Origin: a virus
IMG/VR virus record: IMGVR_UViG_3300010371_000034
Span: 1-64,000 of that record
DNA length: 64,000 nt
Direction: 5' to 3' (one strand)
The notes beneath the pieces were generated by a model, which made no database searches, was not told the DNA's origin, and saw only the letters and a program-made list of their open reading frames with translations. Position numbers and translations under genes: made by a program. Numbering within the stretch: the stretch's first letter is position 1; the number at the start of each line of letters is the position of its first letter. Of this stretch, positions 63,404-64,000 are shown in pieces.

Positions 63404-64000
63404 CTACGACAGCTGGTCGAACGGCACCTTCAGCAGCTCCTTCTTGCCCCCCGGACCCGGCGGGCCGAACATCGCCTTCTTGTCCGGCCCCTTCAGCGTC
63501 ACCGTCCGCAGCTGCTCGTTGACGCTGGTCACTTCGCACTGGCCCCCGTTGTAGGTAACGGCGGCGCCCTTGACCGGCGCCGGCTTGGCAGCTGCCGGCG
63601 CACCTGCGGGCGAGCCGTTGCCCGACCACCACGGCTGCGCGATCACCTCGCCCCAGCTGCCCACAGACCCCAGCTGCTCGTCGGTGATCCCCCGCTGCCT
63701 GGCGATCTCCACCAGCTGCGCGATGGCGGCGTTGCCGTCGTCGGTCTCCCCCTGCGGGTCCGCGTCGGCCATCTCGGCCAGCGCTACAATATCCGGCAAC
63801 CCATCGTCCGGCTGGTGCTGCGGCTGCTGTCCCGTGACCGGTGGAGAGGCTGCCCCGCGGCTTGTGGCGGGTTGGGGCGTTGGGGTGTCCTCGAACGGCC
63901 GCGGGCCAAGGTTGGTGTTGGCGGTTTGGTGCTGTCCGTTGGGAGGAAGCTGCTGGCCAGCTGACTGGTCGTTGAACCCCGCAGCCGGGTTGGCGGCCGC
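63404..64000 (-). CDS. C-terminal part of an unidentified replication-block protein
   Basis: Frame open from the window edge; Pro/Gln linker followed by a small SH3-like domain. Confidence 0.65.
   Translation of the reverse strand, partial: AAANPAAGFNDQSAGQQLPPNGQHQTANTNLGPRPFEDTPTPQPATSRGAASPPVTGQQPQHQPDDGLPDIVALAEMADADPQGETDDGNAAIAQLVEIARQRGITDEQLGSVGSWGEVIAQPWWSGNGSPAGAPAAAKPAPVKGAAVTYNGGQCEVTSVNEQLRTVTLKGPDKKAMFGPPGPGGKKELLKVPFDQLS

Noticed and set aside
1-64000. Integrase/att sites, tail sheath, stop-codon reassignment
   Set aside because: None recognisable; genes tile well under the standard code. Lifestyle cannot be settled from this window.

Overview
The window is an internal 64-kb segment of a GC-rich tailed dsDNA phage (or prophage) genome, probably a siphovirus: it has a tail tube, tail chaperone and tape measure, and no sheath is seen. 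Nearly all genes are on the minus strand. Right to left: (1) a replication block with family A DNA polymerase, Zn-finger/TOPRIM primase, MazG-like protein, amino-MTase, C5-MTase with a nested alternative-frame subunit, and an MCM-like AAA+ ATPase; (2) packaging genes, with TerS, a TerL ATPase carrying a class-3-type intein, and a separately encoded TerL nuclease; (3) an intein-containing portal fused to HAD and RelA/SpoT-like domains; (4) an accessory block with a sulfotransferase, beta-propeller, CxxCH protein and tRNA-like RNA; (5) MuF, HNH and sigma70; (6) a 1190-aa prohead protease polyprotein with three RMF-like modules; (7) two HK97-fold capsid genes and neck genes; (8) a tail tube gene split by a group I intron, a putative lysis block, a frameshifted tail chaperone and tape measure; (9) glycosyl/methyl-transferases and a long collagen-like fibre running off the left edge. 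A Planctomycetota host is a tentative inference from protein style. The best candidate for a new system is the use of head-assembly proteins as Lys-delimited polyproteins carrying stringent-response/ribosome-hibernation-like cargo. All calls come from motif reading by eye; no searches were run.
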